A stretch of 36,278 bases of DNA from a virus (Duplodnaviria; Caudoviricetes), in IMG/VR virus record IMGVR_UViG_3300025173_000081, positions 1 through 36,278 of that record; one strand, written 5' to 3'. Shown piece after piece: positions 6,596 through 17,013 of the stretch. The notes under the pieces were generated by a model that had not been told where the DNA came from, did no database searches, and saw nothing but the letters and a program-made list of their open reading frames with translations. The stretch's first letter is position 1. The number at the start of each line of letters is the position of its first letter. The position numbers were made by a program, and so were the translations under genes.

Positions 6596-8193
6596 TCCTC
6601 TAGTTGCTTTCTATAGCCTTCATCTCTTTGGCTTAAAACAAAATGTGCAGCGCTAAAGGCATCGTCGCCACGATCTGCAGCGTTTTGTAAAATCTTTCCA
6701 TATTTTGAATTCTGGGATCTTCGTAAGATCATATTCTTATCTAAATTTGCACCCGGTTTTTGCTGATTTTCGCCCTGCATTTTGTCCGATTCTTGAGGCT
6801 GTCCAGCGGCCTTTGGCAATTCAGCGCCGCCGAAATTCAATTTCTTTTCAAGCTGATAAACCATAGTCTGAAATACATCTGGCGACTTTTGAGCAATTTC
6901 TTTCATTTGCGGCGAATTCATCAAGCTTTTTGAAATCTTATCAAGAGTTACTGCTGTAGAAGAGGATATTCTTGGCGTAAGCACTTTTCTCCCAATGGCC
7001 GCACCAATCCCCACAGGTACGCCCATTGGCCCACCTACAACCCCGCCACCAGCGCCGGCCGCCGCAACATCCAGCAAGCCCCCGAAAGGCGACTGGTTGA
7101 GCGTATTCGCTCTTTTGGTAGCGGCTTCCTCAATTGGAGCCAACAACCCGTAAGTTTTCTTGGCCTCTTCAAATTTCTTTGCCAATTCAGGAGCAACTTT
7201 ATTTGCTGTCTGCTCGACTTCGCCGCGGTAAGCCTGATATGCGGTTTTCCCAGCTTCGCCGGCTTCTGGGTCCATCCAGTTTCCAGCCATTTTGTTAAAT
7301 CCACGTTTTGTCTCTTCACCTACGCTGATTGGCACTTTGGACTCAAGTGTGCTTGATTGATAAATGTCCTCGACAATTTTTTCCAGTTTTTGGACGACGC
7401 CAGCTTTCGATGGGTTCCTTGAAAGTTCGGCTATTTTTTTCTGTATGTTGGTGACTACGTTTCCAGATGAAATGTTAACTCCGTTTTCATCGAGAGTTTT
7501 TAGCACGTTATCAATCTCATAATGGGCTGCATCCATCGACTTATTAACCCTGCCTGCGATGTCCGAAGCGTTGTCTCCAAACTTAACCAAACCACGGTCC
7601 AAAAGTTCACGTCCGGCATTATCATTGAATTTTGCAGCTTGAGCACCAGTAGCTCCCGTGGCGTTTTCAGCAAGTTTTTCAGCGCCGGCTTTAAAAGCCT
7701 GACCTGTTTTGTTAGCCATACTTTTAGCTCCATGCCAAATTGCGCCTGGCGCCGTCGCCAGCACTTGTCCGCCCATTTCAGCTGCCGCGCCATCATTGAA
7801 TGACTTTACGGCCTTATTGGTAACTTGGGCGACTTGTTCAAGAGTTGGCAATCTTAAATTATCCTCAATGAAGGTTCCATTTTTCAAAGAATCAACAGTG
7901 CTGTTAATTCCATTTTTCAAAGAATCGCCAGCAGCGGTAAAAGCTCCTGTAATAGCAGGATTCCCAAGGCCGACAACAGAGCCAGCTGCGCCAGCGTAAG
8001 CTGGGAGCGCGTCAACCTGACCCTGCAATAGGTCTTTTGGAGCATTTGACCAATCATAGTTTTTACCAGTGAAAAATTCCTTGGTCTTGTCTTTCCAGTC
8101 AGGTTCAAGCTGCAACATTTCTTCATCAGAAATAAAATGCTTCCCGCCTGATTCCAATTTTCTCATCTCTTCGTCTGAAATAAATTTAGCCAT
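6586..8193 (-). CDS. Internal virion / DNA ejection protein
   Basis: Ala/Gly-rich helical protein with glycine-zipper segments at end of virion operon; FISDEEM twice at N-terminus; start at TAATG overlap. Confidence 0.6.
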   Translation of the reverse strand: MAKFISDEEMRKLESGGKHFISDEEMLQLEPDWKDKTKEFFTGKNYDWSNAPKDLLQGQVDALPAYAGAAGSVVGLGNPAITGAFTAAGDSLKNGINSTVDSLKNGTFIEDNLRLPTLEQVAQVTNKAVKSFNDGAAAEMGGQVLATAPGAIWHGAKSMANKTGQAFKAGAEKLAENATGATGAQAAKFNDNAGRELLDRGLVKFGDNASDIAGRVNKSMDAAHYEIDNVLKTLDENGVNISSGNVVTNIQKKIAELSRNPSKAGVVQKLEKIVEDIYQSSTLESKVPISVGEETKRGFNKMAGNWMDPEAGEAGKTAYQAYRGEVEQTANKVAPELAKKFEEAKKTYGLLAPIEEAATKRANTLNQSPFGGLLDVAAAGAGGGVVGGPMGVPVGIGAAIGRKVLTPRISSSTAVTLDKISKSLMNSPQMKEIAQKSPDVFQTMVYQLEKKLNFGGAELPKAAGQPQESDKMQGENQQKPGANLDKNMILRRSQNSKYGKILQNAADRGDDAFSAAHFVLSQRDEGYRKQLEDQA

Positions 8194-9212
8194 TATATCT
8201 CTTCCCATCCGCCCTGAACTTTTTTATAATTTTTGCCGTTAATGACTTTTGTCGCTGGCGGCGGATCTTTTGATAATTGAACTGGATTTCTCAGCCTGTT
8301 GTTAAGTCTATTTTGAAAATCAGATTCAGAGTCAGCTTTAAATTTAGTGAGAGTGTGCATTATTGGATCTTGTTCTTGCACTGATGAAGCTATCGAATTA
8401 TACTCCAACGGATCGGCCGGAATAATTTTATTCAAAATCTTTTCATCAGATACTGATAAAACGCCTAGCTTCGCTAAGTTTTTATATGCCAGCAGCAGGT
8501 CTTTCGAAAGCTGTTGTCCGCGGGCTACGTCCTCACGGTTAAACATGTCGCCGCCCTTGTGTTTTTCTCTGAGCGCGATCATTTCCGTTATTTTAGAATC
8601 AAAATTCTTTTTTTCTTCATCGACAGACTTCAAGTTTTTAGCATCTTCAATTGTGTTTGCCAGCCCATAGGGGGTGCTAAGAGCAAAGTCTCTTTCTGAC
8701 TTCTTGTCGCTCGCGGCTTTAAGTTTGTCCTGCTTCGCTAGTTGAGCGGCCTGCAATCTAGTCGCCTGAGCTTCTTTAAATTTCAAAGGGTTCCATACAT
8801 TATCGCTGTCGCCAGCAGATACGTTTGCCCAATCGGCACCGTATTGCTTTGCGATACCTGGCGCCACATTTTCCATTGATTTTCTAAATGCAATCGACGC
8901 TTTGGAGTTGGGGTCAAATTGATCATTTTCTCTTTGTACTTTGTTTTGTTGATTTTCGAATCCTACATCAGCTATGTAGCTTTGTTTTTCCCGTTCAATC
9001 TTGCCAATAGTGTCGTCTTTGGCCTGTTTTTTAAGGCCACTGAAATACTCATTTTGGCTACCAACTGGCCGACGCGCCAAGGCGTCGCCAAAGGCCGAAG
9101 CGACAGAGCCAGCGTTAATGTTGCTCTCTCTCGCGGAATAATCGTCTTGAGCTTTTTGCCCATAATTTTCGCCAAATTTATCTTTGAGGTATTTTTCAAG
9201 CATCGGGTCCAT
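8193..9212 (-). CDS. Internal virion / ejection protein
   Basis: Helical, C-terminal 'INGKNYKKVQGGWEEI'; start at 9212 after GGAAGGTG. Confidence 0.6.
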   Translation of the reverse strand: MDPMLEKYLKDKFGENYGQKAQDDYSARESNINAGSVASAFGDALARRPVGSQNEYFSGLKKQAKDDTIGKIEREKQSYIADVGFENQQNKVQRENDQFDPNSKASIAFRKSMENVAPGIAKQYGADWANVSAGDSDNVWNPLKFKEAQATRLQAAQLAKQDKLKAASDKKSERDFALSTPYGLANTIEDAKNLKSVDEEKKNFDSKITEMIALREKHKGGDMFNREDVARGQQLSKDLLLAYKNLAKLGVLSVSDEKILNKIIPADPLEYNSIASSVQEQDPIMHTLTKFKADSESDFQNRLNNRLRNPVQLSKDPPPATKVINGKNYKKVQGGWEEI

Positions 9213-9213
9213 A

Positions 9214-10254
9214 TTACACCTTCCTTTTGTTCGGGTCATACGCCCAATTGTCGCTAGTATTTCCAGCCCAATTTGAACCGGCTGGTTGTTTGTTGTTTGC
9301 GGCCCATTGGCCAGCGGCGCTCGCGAGCCCGCCAACGAATTGATCTTGATTCGCCGCCTGGTTAGCTGAGTTTTTAGCAGCTTCACCAGACACACCATTG
9401 TAAAGACCCATTTTCTTCATCTGGTTATCGTAATTCTGCTGAGTCAGGTTCAAATTATACTGCTGCGCTTGATTGGCGCCAGCCGTGTTTCGATTCGCAG
9501 CATCTTGCCTATTGCCAAGATTATACTGTTGAGCTTGGTTTCTGGATCCCACATTGTTGCTCATGACTTGCTGCTGGTTTTGAGCGTTGAATCTCGCAAT
9601 TGAGTCCGCCGCCTGAGCCTTAGCTGATTGTTGGCTGAAATCTTGAGCTTGCAGTTGCCCGCTGAGCTCGCCAGTTTGCATGAGAGCCTGCAACGCCCTT
9701 TTGTCAGCAGCTGCTTTTAAATCCATGCCAGATTGAGCGTGTCTATTCGCCGCACCCTGCGCTGCTATGTTTTTAGCGACTAACTCAGAGCCACCACCTG
9801 AAAGACCTCGCGTGGCCAAGTTCTGTTGGATTGCGCCCTGTTGTCCTTGAAGGTTCGTATTTATATCGTTCTCGAGTTGACCATATTCAGACATGAATTG
9901 AGAATCGCGCCCGCCAGCGTCTCCAATTGCTTTGAGCCTATTTAAAGCGTTCAGCTGATTTTGTCTTAAAGCTGGATCAGTCGCAATTCCATCCATTTCA
10001 GATGGGCCAAGATTTACCGCTGTTTCGAGTTCTGGGTTCATTTGTACGACAGATTGGTAGAGCTCAGGATAATACTGCTTTAAAACTGGCAAAGGTATGT
10101 TTTGAGCCGCTTTGAGCATCTCATCGTACATTGAGGATGATTTGTCATCAGAGCCAAGCAAGAAGCCACCCACTCCGCCAATCGCAGCACCCCAAGGCCC
10201 GCCAATTGAGGCGCCGGCTGCTGCTCCTGAAATTGCACTATTCATTTTGCTCAT
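9214..10254 (-). CDS. DNA pilot/ejection protein
   Basis: N-terminal glycine zipper GAAAGASIGGPWGAAIGGVGG, Q/N/A-rich body. Confidence 0.65.
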   Translation of the reverse strand: MSKMNSAISGAAAGASIGGPWGAAIGGVGGFLLGSDDKSSSMYDEMLKAAQNIPLPVLKQYYPELYQSVVQMNPELETAVNLGPSEMDGIATDPALRQNQLNALNRLKAIGDAGGRDSQFMSEYGQLENDINTNLQGQQGAIQQNLATRGLSGGGSELVAKNIAAQGAANRHAQSGMDLKAAADKRALQALMQTGELSGQLQAQDFSQQSAKAQAADSIARFNAQNQQQVMSNNVGSRNQAQQYNLGNRQDAANRNTAGANQAQQYNLNLTQQNYDNQMKKMGLYNGVSGEAAKNSANQAANQDQFVGGLASAAGQWAANNKQPAGSNWAGNTSDNWAYDPNKRKV

Positions 10255-11534
10255 TATTTACCCGCCTTGATTGTGCGACCAGATTTCCAGTCATTTTTAA
10301 AATTATTTAATACATAATTAATGTCATTAACTAGCATAGTATTCCCGTCGGCCATTGCTTTCGGTAAATGAATTTGTTCAAGTTCTTTTGGAGTCGCACC
10401 ATTAAAATAAGAGCGATCTGTTTCATAAGCATTTTTGTATTCAGCTTCTTTTCCAGCAATATCTTTATTAAATTGGTCTTTATTAAAAGAAACCGGGTTA
10501 ATGTCTTTGCCGGCAGCTGTGATTTGATTTCTCGTAGGGTCTTGAACTAAATCAGCCAGCGCCTGGTATTTTGATCTTTCGTCAGCGTTTGCCGCATCAT
10601 TAAGGCCCACCTGAGTAAGGTTCGGACTTAAATAAGATCCTAAATTCACATCATAAAGATTTTGTCCTGCAGAGATGCCCAATCTTTTTAAAGTGTCGTC
10701 TAAAAGCTCATCGTCCGAAACGTCGTCCAACACGCCTTGATACAAAGCTGGATTTTGTTGATTTAACTGATCAGCTCTCACTTGAATTGGATCGACTAAG
10801 TTTTTCCACTGATCAGCTTCGGCTGAATTAACAGCCTGCTTGTTTGCCAGAGCCTGTTGGCTGGCGGTATTTAAAGCGCCACCGACTTTTTGCGCGGTCG
10901 TATCAAATAATTTATCAAGGTCAGCATATTTGCTGGTTACGCCCTCAAGAGCTTGGCGCGACCCATCAGAGTTTTGCAATAAAACCTGATCGAGCTTATT
11001 TTCTCCTGAAGAATAATTTGGCCTGGCGTAAGTATTTTTTAATTCTTGTTGTTGGCCAGTTTCATTTCCAAGATTTTTAACAGAAGTTGAAGCAGCCGAA
11101 GCCGCCTTTTGTGTTTCATCATATCCAGCTACCTTATCAACGGTGCCTGGCCCAGAGTAGCCGCCAGTAGCCTTTTGGTTTCGGTATTGGTCTTTTTGCT
11201 CTTGCGAAAGACTGCCTAAATTGCTGTAGGCTGAATTCGGGTCGTAAGCATCAACCTTTGGAGCCTGAGCATCAAGGCCTTGAATTTTTGTCTGAGCATC
11301 AACAGCTTTTGATTCAACGTCGCCAGCTATTTTTTGTCCCATAGCATCTGCCTGTGGTTTATTGGCATCCAGATAAGATTGAATGTTGGCGTATTGGCCA
11401 GAAGATTTTTGACCGCCTTCTTGTCCGGGCACGCCTGTTGCGAAGTTTGCACCAGCGCCGCCAGAAATATTCACGCCAGCTTGTTGGCCCTTAAGTCTTT
11501 CTTCATCTTGTTTTGACATTGCTGCGAATGGCAT
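10254..11534 (-). CDS. Virion structural / ejection protein
   Basis: 426-aa Q/A-rich ORF in the virion operon. Confidence 0.55.
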   Translation of the reverse strand: MPFAAMSKQDEERLKGQQAGVNISGGAGANFATGVPGQEGGQKSSGQYANIQSYLDANKPQADAMGQKIAGDVESKAVDAQTKIQGLDAQAPKVDAYDPNSAYSNLGSLSQEQKDQYRNQKATGGYSGPGTVDKVAGYDETQKAASAASTSVKNLGNETGQQQELKNTYARPNYSSGENKLDQVLLQNSDGSRQALEGVTSKYADLDKLFDTTAQKVGGALNTASQQALANKQAVNSAEADQWKNLVDPIQVRADQLNQQNPALYQGVLDDVSDDELLDDTLKRLGISAGQNLYDVNLGSYLSPNLTQVGLNDAANADERSKYQALADLVQDPTRNQITAAGKDINPVSFNKDQFNKDIAGKEAEYKNAYETDRSYFNGATPKELEQIHLPKAMADGNTMLVNDINYVLNNFKNDWKSGRTIKAGK

Positions 11535-11543
11535 TTTTACCCC

Positions 11544-11942
11544 TTATCCATAGAGTACGAGTACCCTTATTGTATATGTAGAATTAGCTGTTAATCCAGA
11601 AATATTCGTGATTGTCACTTGGTTGTTTGCGTAACTCCAAACGATGTGCGGCGCCAGAGTTGAGTAGCTGCCAAGAGTGTTGTTCTGTAAGTAAATGTAA
11701 GTAAGCCCTTTTGGAGCTGTGTTAAATTTGGTTTTGAACTTAATCGGATAAAGAGCCGTAGTATTTTGAAACTTTATTTCTTTGATTTCCTGAAAAAGAT
11801 TGTCTTCAATGGTCAGCGCATTTTGAAATGCCCGGACAACGTCGCCAGTGAATTGATTTAAAGACTGAAAAAGCTTACCAATCCAATCTGCTTGTTCTGG
11901 GAACTCTTCAACTGTAAAGCGTTGTGGGTCTAATTTTGACAT
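11544..11942 (-). CDS. Virion structural protein (hypothetical)
   Basis: TAATG-coupled to nozzle gene; beta-rich C-terminus. Confidence 0.6.
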   Translation of the reverse strand: MSKLDPQRFTVEEFPEQADWIGKLFQSLNQFTGDVVRAFQNALTIEDNLFQEIKEIKFQNTTALYPIKFKTKFNTAPKGLTYIYLQNNTLGSYSTLAPHIVWSYANNQVTITNISGLTANSTYTIRVLVLYG

Positions 11943-14410
11943 TATGACCTTGTTGATCTTTCTGAAACCCACTCATAATTGATTGAGATTCCGTTTAAAG
12001 ACCACTTCGAATAAGCAGAAGCCATTGTGAGCTTGATACTTAAAATCGTGCCTCTGGACTTTTCACGCGGGACAAAGACTCTGATTGGTTTTGGCCGTTG
12101 AGCGCCACCCCAAAAAGGCACATTCCAGCCGAACAGCCCCCAAGCCGATCCGCCGTAAAAACCGTTGATTGTGGTCGGTGTGTAGCCGCCTGACAGATCG
12201 GTAAAGAAAGATAAAACGCCAGTTAAGAAGTTGGTATTTCTGAAAAGCACCGCCACTTCTTGAAAGTGCTTCATAACGCCGGGGTTCTTGAAATGTTGGG
12301 CAACGTATTCAAGTTCGCACTCAATCACTTTGTAAACCGTGATGGCTCCAACTGGCCAAGTTTTCAGGTCATTTACAGTCACTGAATTTGACGATGGGTT
12401 TATGGCCGTGATGACAGAGTAAACCGTTGCAGACGAATATAAGAGCGAACCGACTTCAATCCCTGTCGTGGTGTTTAAAACCACATTGTAGCTTGAGCTT
12501 GAAACGACTGAAATGCCGTCTAATTCTTCATCGACAAAGTCAGTGAAGTTTAAGGTTTTGCGCTCTTTTAAGATGTGCTTATCAGTAGAATTGCACAGAT
12601 ACATTTTGTCATCTGCAGGATTCACGAAGCCGTGAACTGCTGTTTTTGTCCAGTTTGTCCATGCTTTGGTGAAAGTGTTGTAAACAATGGCCTTAGTTGG
12701 CGCTGTGTCCGCCGCCTGGTTAATTGTAAATAAAATGTACTTGCGGTCAGTTTCGTATGAAACGCCAAAGCTCAATTTTTTAAGATTGTTGTAGTTTTTC
12801 GAAACCAAGTCAGTGATCTGATCTTCAATCGGGCGGCTCATTACCTGAACCCCAATATCTGAAATGGCCACAATTCCTTGATCGGCCAAACAGAAAATTT
12901 GATTGTTCACGACAGAAGCTGAGTCCGGCGCAATAATCCGCGTTGAAGTGTCGAGAGGCGTGATTGACCATGATCCGCCGGCGCCAGTTAAGCGCCAAAC
13001 ACCATCAGTTTTTAAAATGAAAAGCGAATCTCTCAGCGCAATAATACGTCTGATTGGATAATTTTTGGATCCGACAAATTCAAGATGCCCCGTTGGAACG
13101 TGCTCAAATTGACCGTCTTTAGACCACATGAGGCCGTTTTGATAGTTATCATTCGCACTTGTGCCGGTTCCAATATCCCAAGCAACCGCGCGCGAAACAG
13201 TAACCGCGAAAGAAACCGAACTTAAAACTCTGGCCACCAACAAAATTTGACCTGGCAAATCCTGAAAGCCCGAAATGTAATAGGCGTAAACCGTGGTGTT
13301 CGATGTGTACTGATTGATGACTTTAACCAAAGACTGAGCTGTGTCCGAGATATTTTGAGCTGCAGAACCGCCAGTTGAAACCTTGAAAAATCCAGAGGCG
13401 ATAGTTTCAGCGCCTTTGGCTGTATAGACTACGCCATCGATTGTGATTGTGTCATCGTTCACAAGTCCAGCGCCGCCGGCCGACAAAAGTTTGATATTCA
13501 GTCGGTGTTTTGATTTAACCGCGGCGAAAAATCCGTAATTTTTAAAAGCTGCAATGTCATTAGCCAATGGTGGCTCATCGTTAGTTTCAGCAATACCTTC
13601 CTGCGAAGCGTTTATGTAAAGTGCCGCGCCCATTAATGAAATAGGCGTTGAGTCTGTAAAAGAAATGGATTTGGCCGTAATCTCGCCAGCCGTTGGATTT
13701 TTCTCATAAACCAGCTGCAGCTCATCGTTTGGCTCATCAGAGCTCGTGGCCGATTCTTTTGACCGGTAGACCTGGAAGAAATCAGAAGTTGAAATTCCTG
13801 TTGGAATGGTAATCGTTAAAGCAACGTCACGCGTGCCGCCAGAAGTGTTGGCGACAATAATCCGCTGTGAAGGTGTGCCCAGATACAAGTTGTTGTTGGC
13901 GTCGCGCGAGCCCCAGACAACCCGGTACGCAACCTGAGTGTTGTTTGACATCATTCCGCTGGCGCCACTGGTTGTGCCTACGCCGTCAAGGCCCCGTGGC
14001 ATACCAGTTGAATAAACTGGGCCCGCGATCGCATCTAAAACCTTAACCCCAGCATTCGTGGTGAAATAAAGATTTCCAGCTGTCTGCAAAAATTGCATCC
14101 GAGCGTAATCAGCATCAGGGTGTGAGTAAGTGCCGGCGTAATCAGTCCAACCGGAATCCCATTTCGACATGGTGTTATCCGATGACCTGTGAGCAATTAA
14201 ATAATCTTGATAAGAAGTAACTCGGTCATTTCTGATGTCGGCACTTGCGGCTGCATTTAAGAGCCGACCAAAGCCGCGGCGAGATTCCGCAACCTCGTCT
14301 TTATCAATGTTGATGTTATTGGCAAGCGTAAGAGCGCCCTCGCTAACCGCACTTAATTGGTTGGCGTTGGTCTGTAAGCCTGAATTTTTTAATACAAGCT
14401 CTTGAGCCAT
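11942..14410 (-). CDS. Tail nozzle / tubular protein B-like (beta-propeller)
   Basis: 822 aa beta-rich; N-terminal 'ANNINID...RRG', 'LMWS', 'VYNTFTKAWTNW' patterns; follows adaptor gene as in P22/T7-like podophages. Confidence 0.7.
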   Translation of the reverse strand: MAQELVLKNSGLQTNANQLSAVSEGALTLANNINIDKDEVAESRRGFGRLLNAAASADIRNDRVTSYQDYLIAHRSSDNTMSKWDSGWTDYAGTYSHPDADYARMQFLQTAGNLYFTTNAGVKVLDAIAGPVYSTGMPRGLDGVGTTSGASGMMSNNTQVAYRVVWGSRDANNNLYLGTPSQRIIVANTSGGTRDVALTITIPTGISTSDFFQVYRSKESATSSDEPNDELQLVYEKNPTAGEITAKSISFTDSTPISLMGAALYINASQEGIAETNDEPPLANDIAAFKNYGFFAAVKSKHRLNIKLLSAGGAGLVNDDTITIDGVVYTAKGAETIASGFFKVSTGGSAAQNISDTAQSLVKVINQYTSNTTVYAYYISGFQDLPGQILLVARVLSSVSFAVTVSRAVAWDIGTGTSANDNYQNGLMWSKDGQFEHVPTGHLEFVGSKNYPIRRIIALRDSLFILKTDGVWRLTGAGGSWSITPLDTSTRIIAPDSASVVNNQIFCLADQGIVAISDIGVQVMSRPIEDQITDLVSKNYNNLKKLSFGVSYETDRKYILFTINQAADTAPTKAIVYNTFTKAWTNWTKTAVHGFVNPADDKMYLCNSTDKHILKERKTLNFTDFVDEELDGISVVSSSSYNVVLNTTTGIEVGSLLYSSATVYSVITAINPSSNSVTVNDLKTWPVGAITVYKVIECELEYVAQHFKNPGVMKHFQEVAVLFRNTNFLTGVLSFFTDLSGGYTPTTINGFYGGSAWGLFGWNVPFWGGAQRPKPIRVFVPREKSRGTILSIKLTMASAYSKWSLNGISINYEWVSERSTRS

Positions 14411-15279
14411 TAGTACCCCTTGCTAAAGTGGCTTAATAGGCTGCCTGATCTGAATTTAACCGAAGCATTTTCAACCCGTGGGTCGAGCATGTTAATTGCC
14501 ACTTCTCGCATTTCATCGAGCGTGACTTTTTCTTGTTCGTAAATTTTGTCTTTTTTAGAAGACAAGGTTCTGCATAAGCAGGATTGAATTAAAAGAGGAT
14601 GAATTTCATCAGGCACCATCGGCACAGGGCTTTCGGTGGCCAAAGCAACCCAGTCACCAACAGCCAAATCAGTCGGCAAGCTTGAAAATGTCAAAGTCGC
14701 GCTGGCGACAGCAGATAAAACTGAGTCCATAGCCAGTAAGTCATAGGGATTTCTACTTTGAATTAAATCAACAACGGTGTTGGCTGCGAATGTCGAAGGC
14801 GCCGAGCTTACAACAACTGTGTTGTTTCCTGTGTTAATTGATGAAATCTGACCGCATGCCGTCGTGGCCACCAGAGTATTGGGTCTGGCAAAGACTTTCA
14901 TTCTGAGCGTGTTGGCATTGAAATCTGTCGAAAGCTCAACAGAATTTCTCAGCATATAGTAGCCCGACTTGCCTGAGGGTCGGTCTTCCTCGAATAACCT
15001 ATTGATAGGCGTTACGTTTCCAGCGTTGTCTATCATTGATAGGTCGCGCAGTTTGGCGCCGATGGCTCGTGTCGGTATTCGGTAACTTGAGCCTTGTGTA
15101 ATCGTGAAATCTTTTGTTTGTAAAAAGAATTCTTCATTAAGTTTAAGCATCATAGGAGTAATGTCAGACTTTAACTGCATATTTAACAGCACCAGAAAAT
15201 CTGATGTTGAAAACAGATCATTCGAAGTCGGGAATGATCCGCATATTTTTAAAGCTGAAATTAACTCAGTCGTGTTCAA
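14410..15279 (-). CDS. Head-tail adaptor (tail tubular protein A-like)
   Basis: Helical N-terminus, 'YRIP', 'VPDEIHPLLI' pattern; synteny. Confidence 0.6.
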   Translation of the reverse strand: MNTTELISALKICGSFPTSNDLFSTSDFLVLLNMQLKSDITPMMLKLNEEFFLQTKDFTITQGSSYRIPTRAIGAKLRDLSMIDNAGNVTPINRLFEEDRPSGKSGYYMLRNSVELSTDFNANTLRMKVFARPNTLVATTACGQISSINTGNNTVVVSSAPSTFAANTVVDLIQSRNPYDLLAMDSVLSAVASATLTFSSLPTDLAVGDWVALATESPVPMVPDEIHPLLIQSCLCRTLSSKKDKIYEQEKVTLDEMREVAINMLDPRVENASVKFRSGSLLSHFSKGY

Positions 15280-15287
15280 GGGAACCC

Positions 15288-15524
15288 CTATTGCATTTGT
15301 TTGTACATTTCGAGAATCTTTTGCACCATTTCAGGCGAGAGCTCGTCTTCCGAATCCTCAACCTCTGATGATTCTGCGGACTCTTCTTCTGGACTACCTT
15401 CCGGCTTAGCTTCAACTTTAAGAGCCATCATTTTTGGATGACCTTTAAGGCTTTCGCCGTCTTTTTGATCCATGAGGTCCATCATTTCTTGAAGAACCTT
15501 TTTTTTCATTTCCAAGTCTTGCAT
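15288..15524 (-). CDS. Small acidic hypothetical protein
   Basis: 78 aa, TAATG coupling, GAGAGG RBS. Confidence 0.65.
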   Translation of the reverse strand: MQDLEMKKKVLQEMMDLMDQKDGESLKGHPKMMALKVEAKPEGSPEEESAESSEVEDSEDELSPEMVQKILEMYKQMQ

Positions 15525-16150
15525 TACGCCTCTCCCTTAACTAAAGTTGTTTGTGCGACTGATAATTGGCCTGCTGTTAGTGTGTAATATGCTCTTACAA
15601 AACAGTAAGTTGGATCGATGTCGGAAACTGAAAGACTCGCTGTCGCTGTGATTGCCTGAGATTTCGAAGCATCACCAGTTCCACAAATTGGAACGTCAAA
15701 GAAAACAGATGAAGCTGTTATTACATCATCTAAGCAGGCTTGAATTTTCACAGATGCGCCAGCCAAGGCTGTAGGCGTGACCGTATGGGTTCCAGTACCA
15801 GCCGTTGTGATGTCAATTCTTGTGCCCGCCTGAGCATTTACCAGTGATGTTGCGAGATAAAAAGTATTCGCATCAATATAAATTACAAAATAATCTGTTG
15901 CTGCTGATAAACCAGCCGGCAAAGTGGTTGTTGTTGAAACCTGAACTTTAAGACCAGTCAAATATCCGTGGGCCGCCTTAGTGATTACATCCGTTGCGGC
16001 CACCGCTGTAAAAGTTCCAGCAGCAGGATTAGAGTTCGTGACCGCTGCCAAGATGTTTACAGTTTTTGCCTGTTTTACATCAACTGGCGTTGATCCAGCA
16101 CTGTAGGCTGTTGCGACTGTTTCAGATGTTTTTGAGTTAATTCGAAGCAT
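15524..16150 (-). CDS. Virion structural protein (fiber/decoration-like)
   Basis: T/A-rich, 'HGYLTG...LPAGLSAATDYFV...FYLATS' beta module; GGGAG RBS. Confidence 0.6.
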   Translation of the reverse strand: MLRINSKTSETVATAYSAGSTPVDVKQAKTVNILAAVTNSNPAAGTFTAVAATDVITKAAHGYLTGLKVQVSTTTTLPAGLSAATDYFVIYIDANTFYLATSLVNAQAGTRIDITTAGTGTHTVTPTALAGASVKIQACLDDVITASSVFFDVPICGTGDASKSQAITATASLSVSDIDPTYCFVRAYYTLTAGQLSVAQTTLVKGEA

Positions 16151-16162
16151 TGTAGTCTCCCT

Positions 16163-16630
16163 TTAAAAAATTCTGTTTGAGTAACTGAGTTGATAAATGT
16201 CCTCTTGAGCCTTGAAATCTCGCAAATATCCGACCCAGTAATGATCAACAGGACTGATTTCAATACCAGGCTGCAATTTGCTGTTTAAATTCAGCTTGAA
16301 ATTGTCCCGGCCTTGAACCGCTTGAGGAATCACGACAAGTTCAGACACTTTTTTTGCCTTTTCTTCTGATTCCTTTGCGATTTTTGCGGCGGTTTGTTCG
16401 TCTACGCTCGTTTCCTTCGACAATGCACCATTGGCACAGTTGTACTCCTTGATTACGCTTTTTTTTTGAGACGAAAACTCCGCAAGCTGCTTTTTTAGCT
16501 TAGAAAGTTCCTCAGATTCTGGAATTGCAACCACGGGCGCCGGTTGAGCCTTTGGCAAAAGCTTGAATGCACCGAAACCACCCAGTAGAGCGCCAATTAA
16601 AACAAGTATTACGCTAATTTTTAGGTTCAT
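16163..16630 (-). CDS. Membrane-anchored coiled-coil protein (spanin-like)
   Basis: N-terminal TM then helical region; follows holin-like genes. Confidence 0.45.
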   Translation of the reverse strand: MNLKISVILVLIGALLGGFGAFKLLPKAQPAPVVAIPESEELSKLKKQLAEFSSQKKSVIKEYNCANGALSKETSVDEQTAAKIAKESEEKAKKVSELVVIPQAVQGRDNFKLNLNSKLQPGIEISPVDHYWVGYLRDFKAQEDIYQLSYSNRIF

Positions 16631-16820
16631 CTTTGTCCTCGACTTCTATTGAATCTTTGCTGATTTTAAACTTATCAATGTGATTGAATTTAAGAACGAG
16701 CAGGAATATCACGCCAAGGCCACAAGCAAAGCCGTAGTGTTCAGCCTGAACCGTTGCCCAGATCAGGAATCCGAGAAATATAATCGCAAAAAGCTGTGAT
16801 ATGATATTTACATATTTCAT
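16614..16820 (-). CDS. Two-TM holin-like protein
   Basis: 68 aa from MKYV, two hydrophobic segments and charged C-terminus. Confidence 0.5.
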   Translation of the reverse strand: MKYVNIISQLFAIIFLGFLIWATVQAEHYGFACGLGVIFLLVLKFNHIDKFKISKDSIEVEDKDEPKN

Positions 16821-17005
16821 CGGGACACCGCCGCGATTATGATTTGAATGACCACACCAAGAATTGCACTTATGACAACTGTGCCACCGACAACTTGCCA
16901 CTTGAAAGAAAGCAGAGAGTTGACCTTTTCGTCGAGCTTATCGACTTTTGAGTCCACTTTGTTGATTGCGTCTGTGATGAGCTGAACAACTGCTTGATCC
17001 ATCAT
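16817..17005 (-). CDS. Coiled-coil plus C-terminal TM protein (XhlA/holin-like)
   Basis: VDSKVDKLDEKV heptads then hydrophobic segment; GAGGGG RBS. Confidence 0.5.
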   Translation of the reverse strand: MMDQAVVQLITDAINKVDSKVDKLDEKVNSLLSFKWQVVGGTVVISAILGVVIQIIIAAVSR

Positions 17006-17013
17006 CCCCCCTC

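Noticed and set aside
6586-11534. Tape measure protein / long tail
   Set aside because: No tail tube, sheath or baseplate genes seen; several medium helical proteins fit podovirus ejection proteins better
16075-16263. Embedded o-spanin
   Set aside because: No credible signal peptide or lipobox
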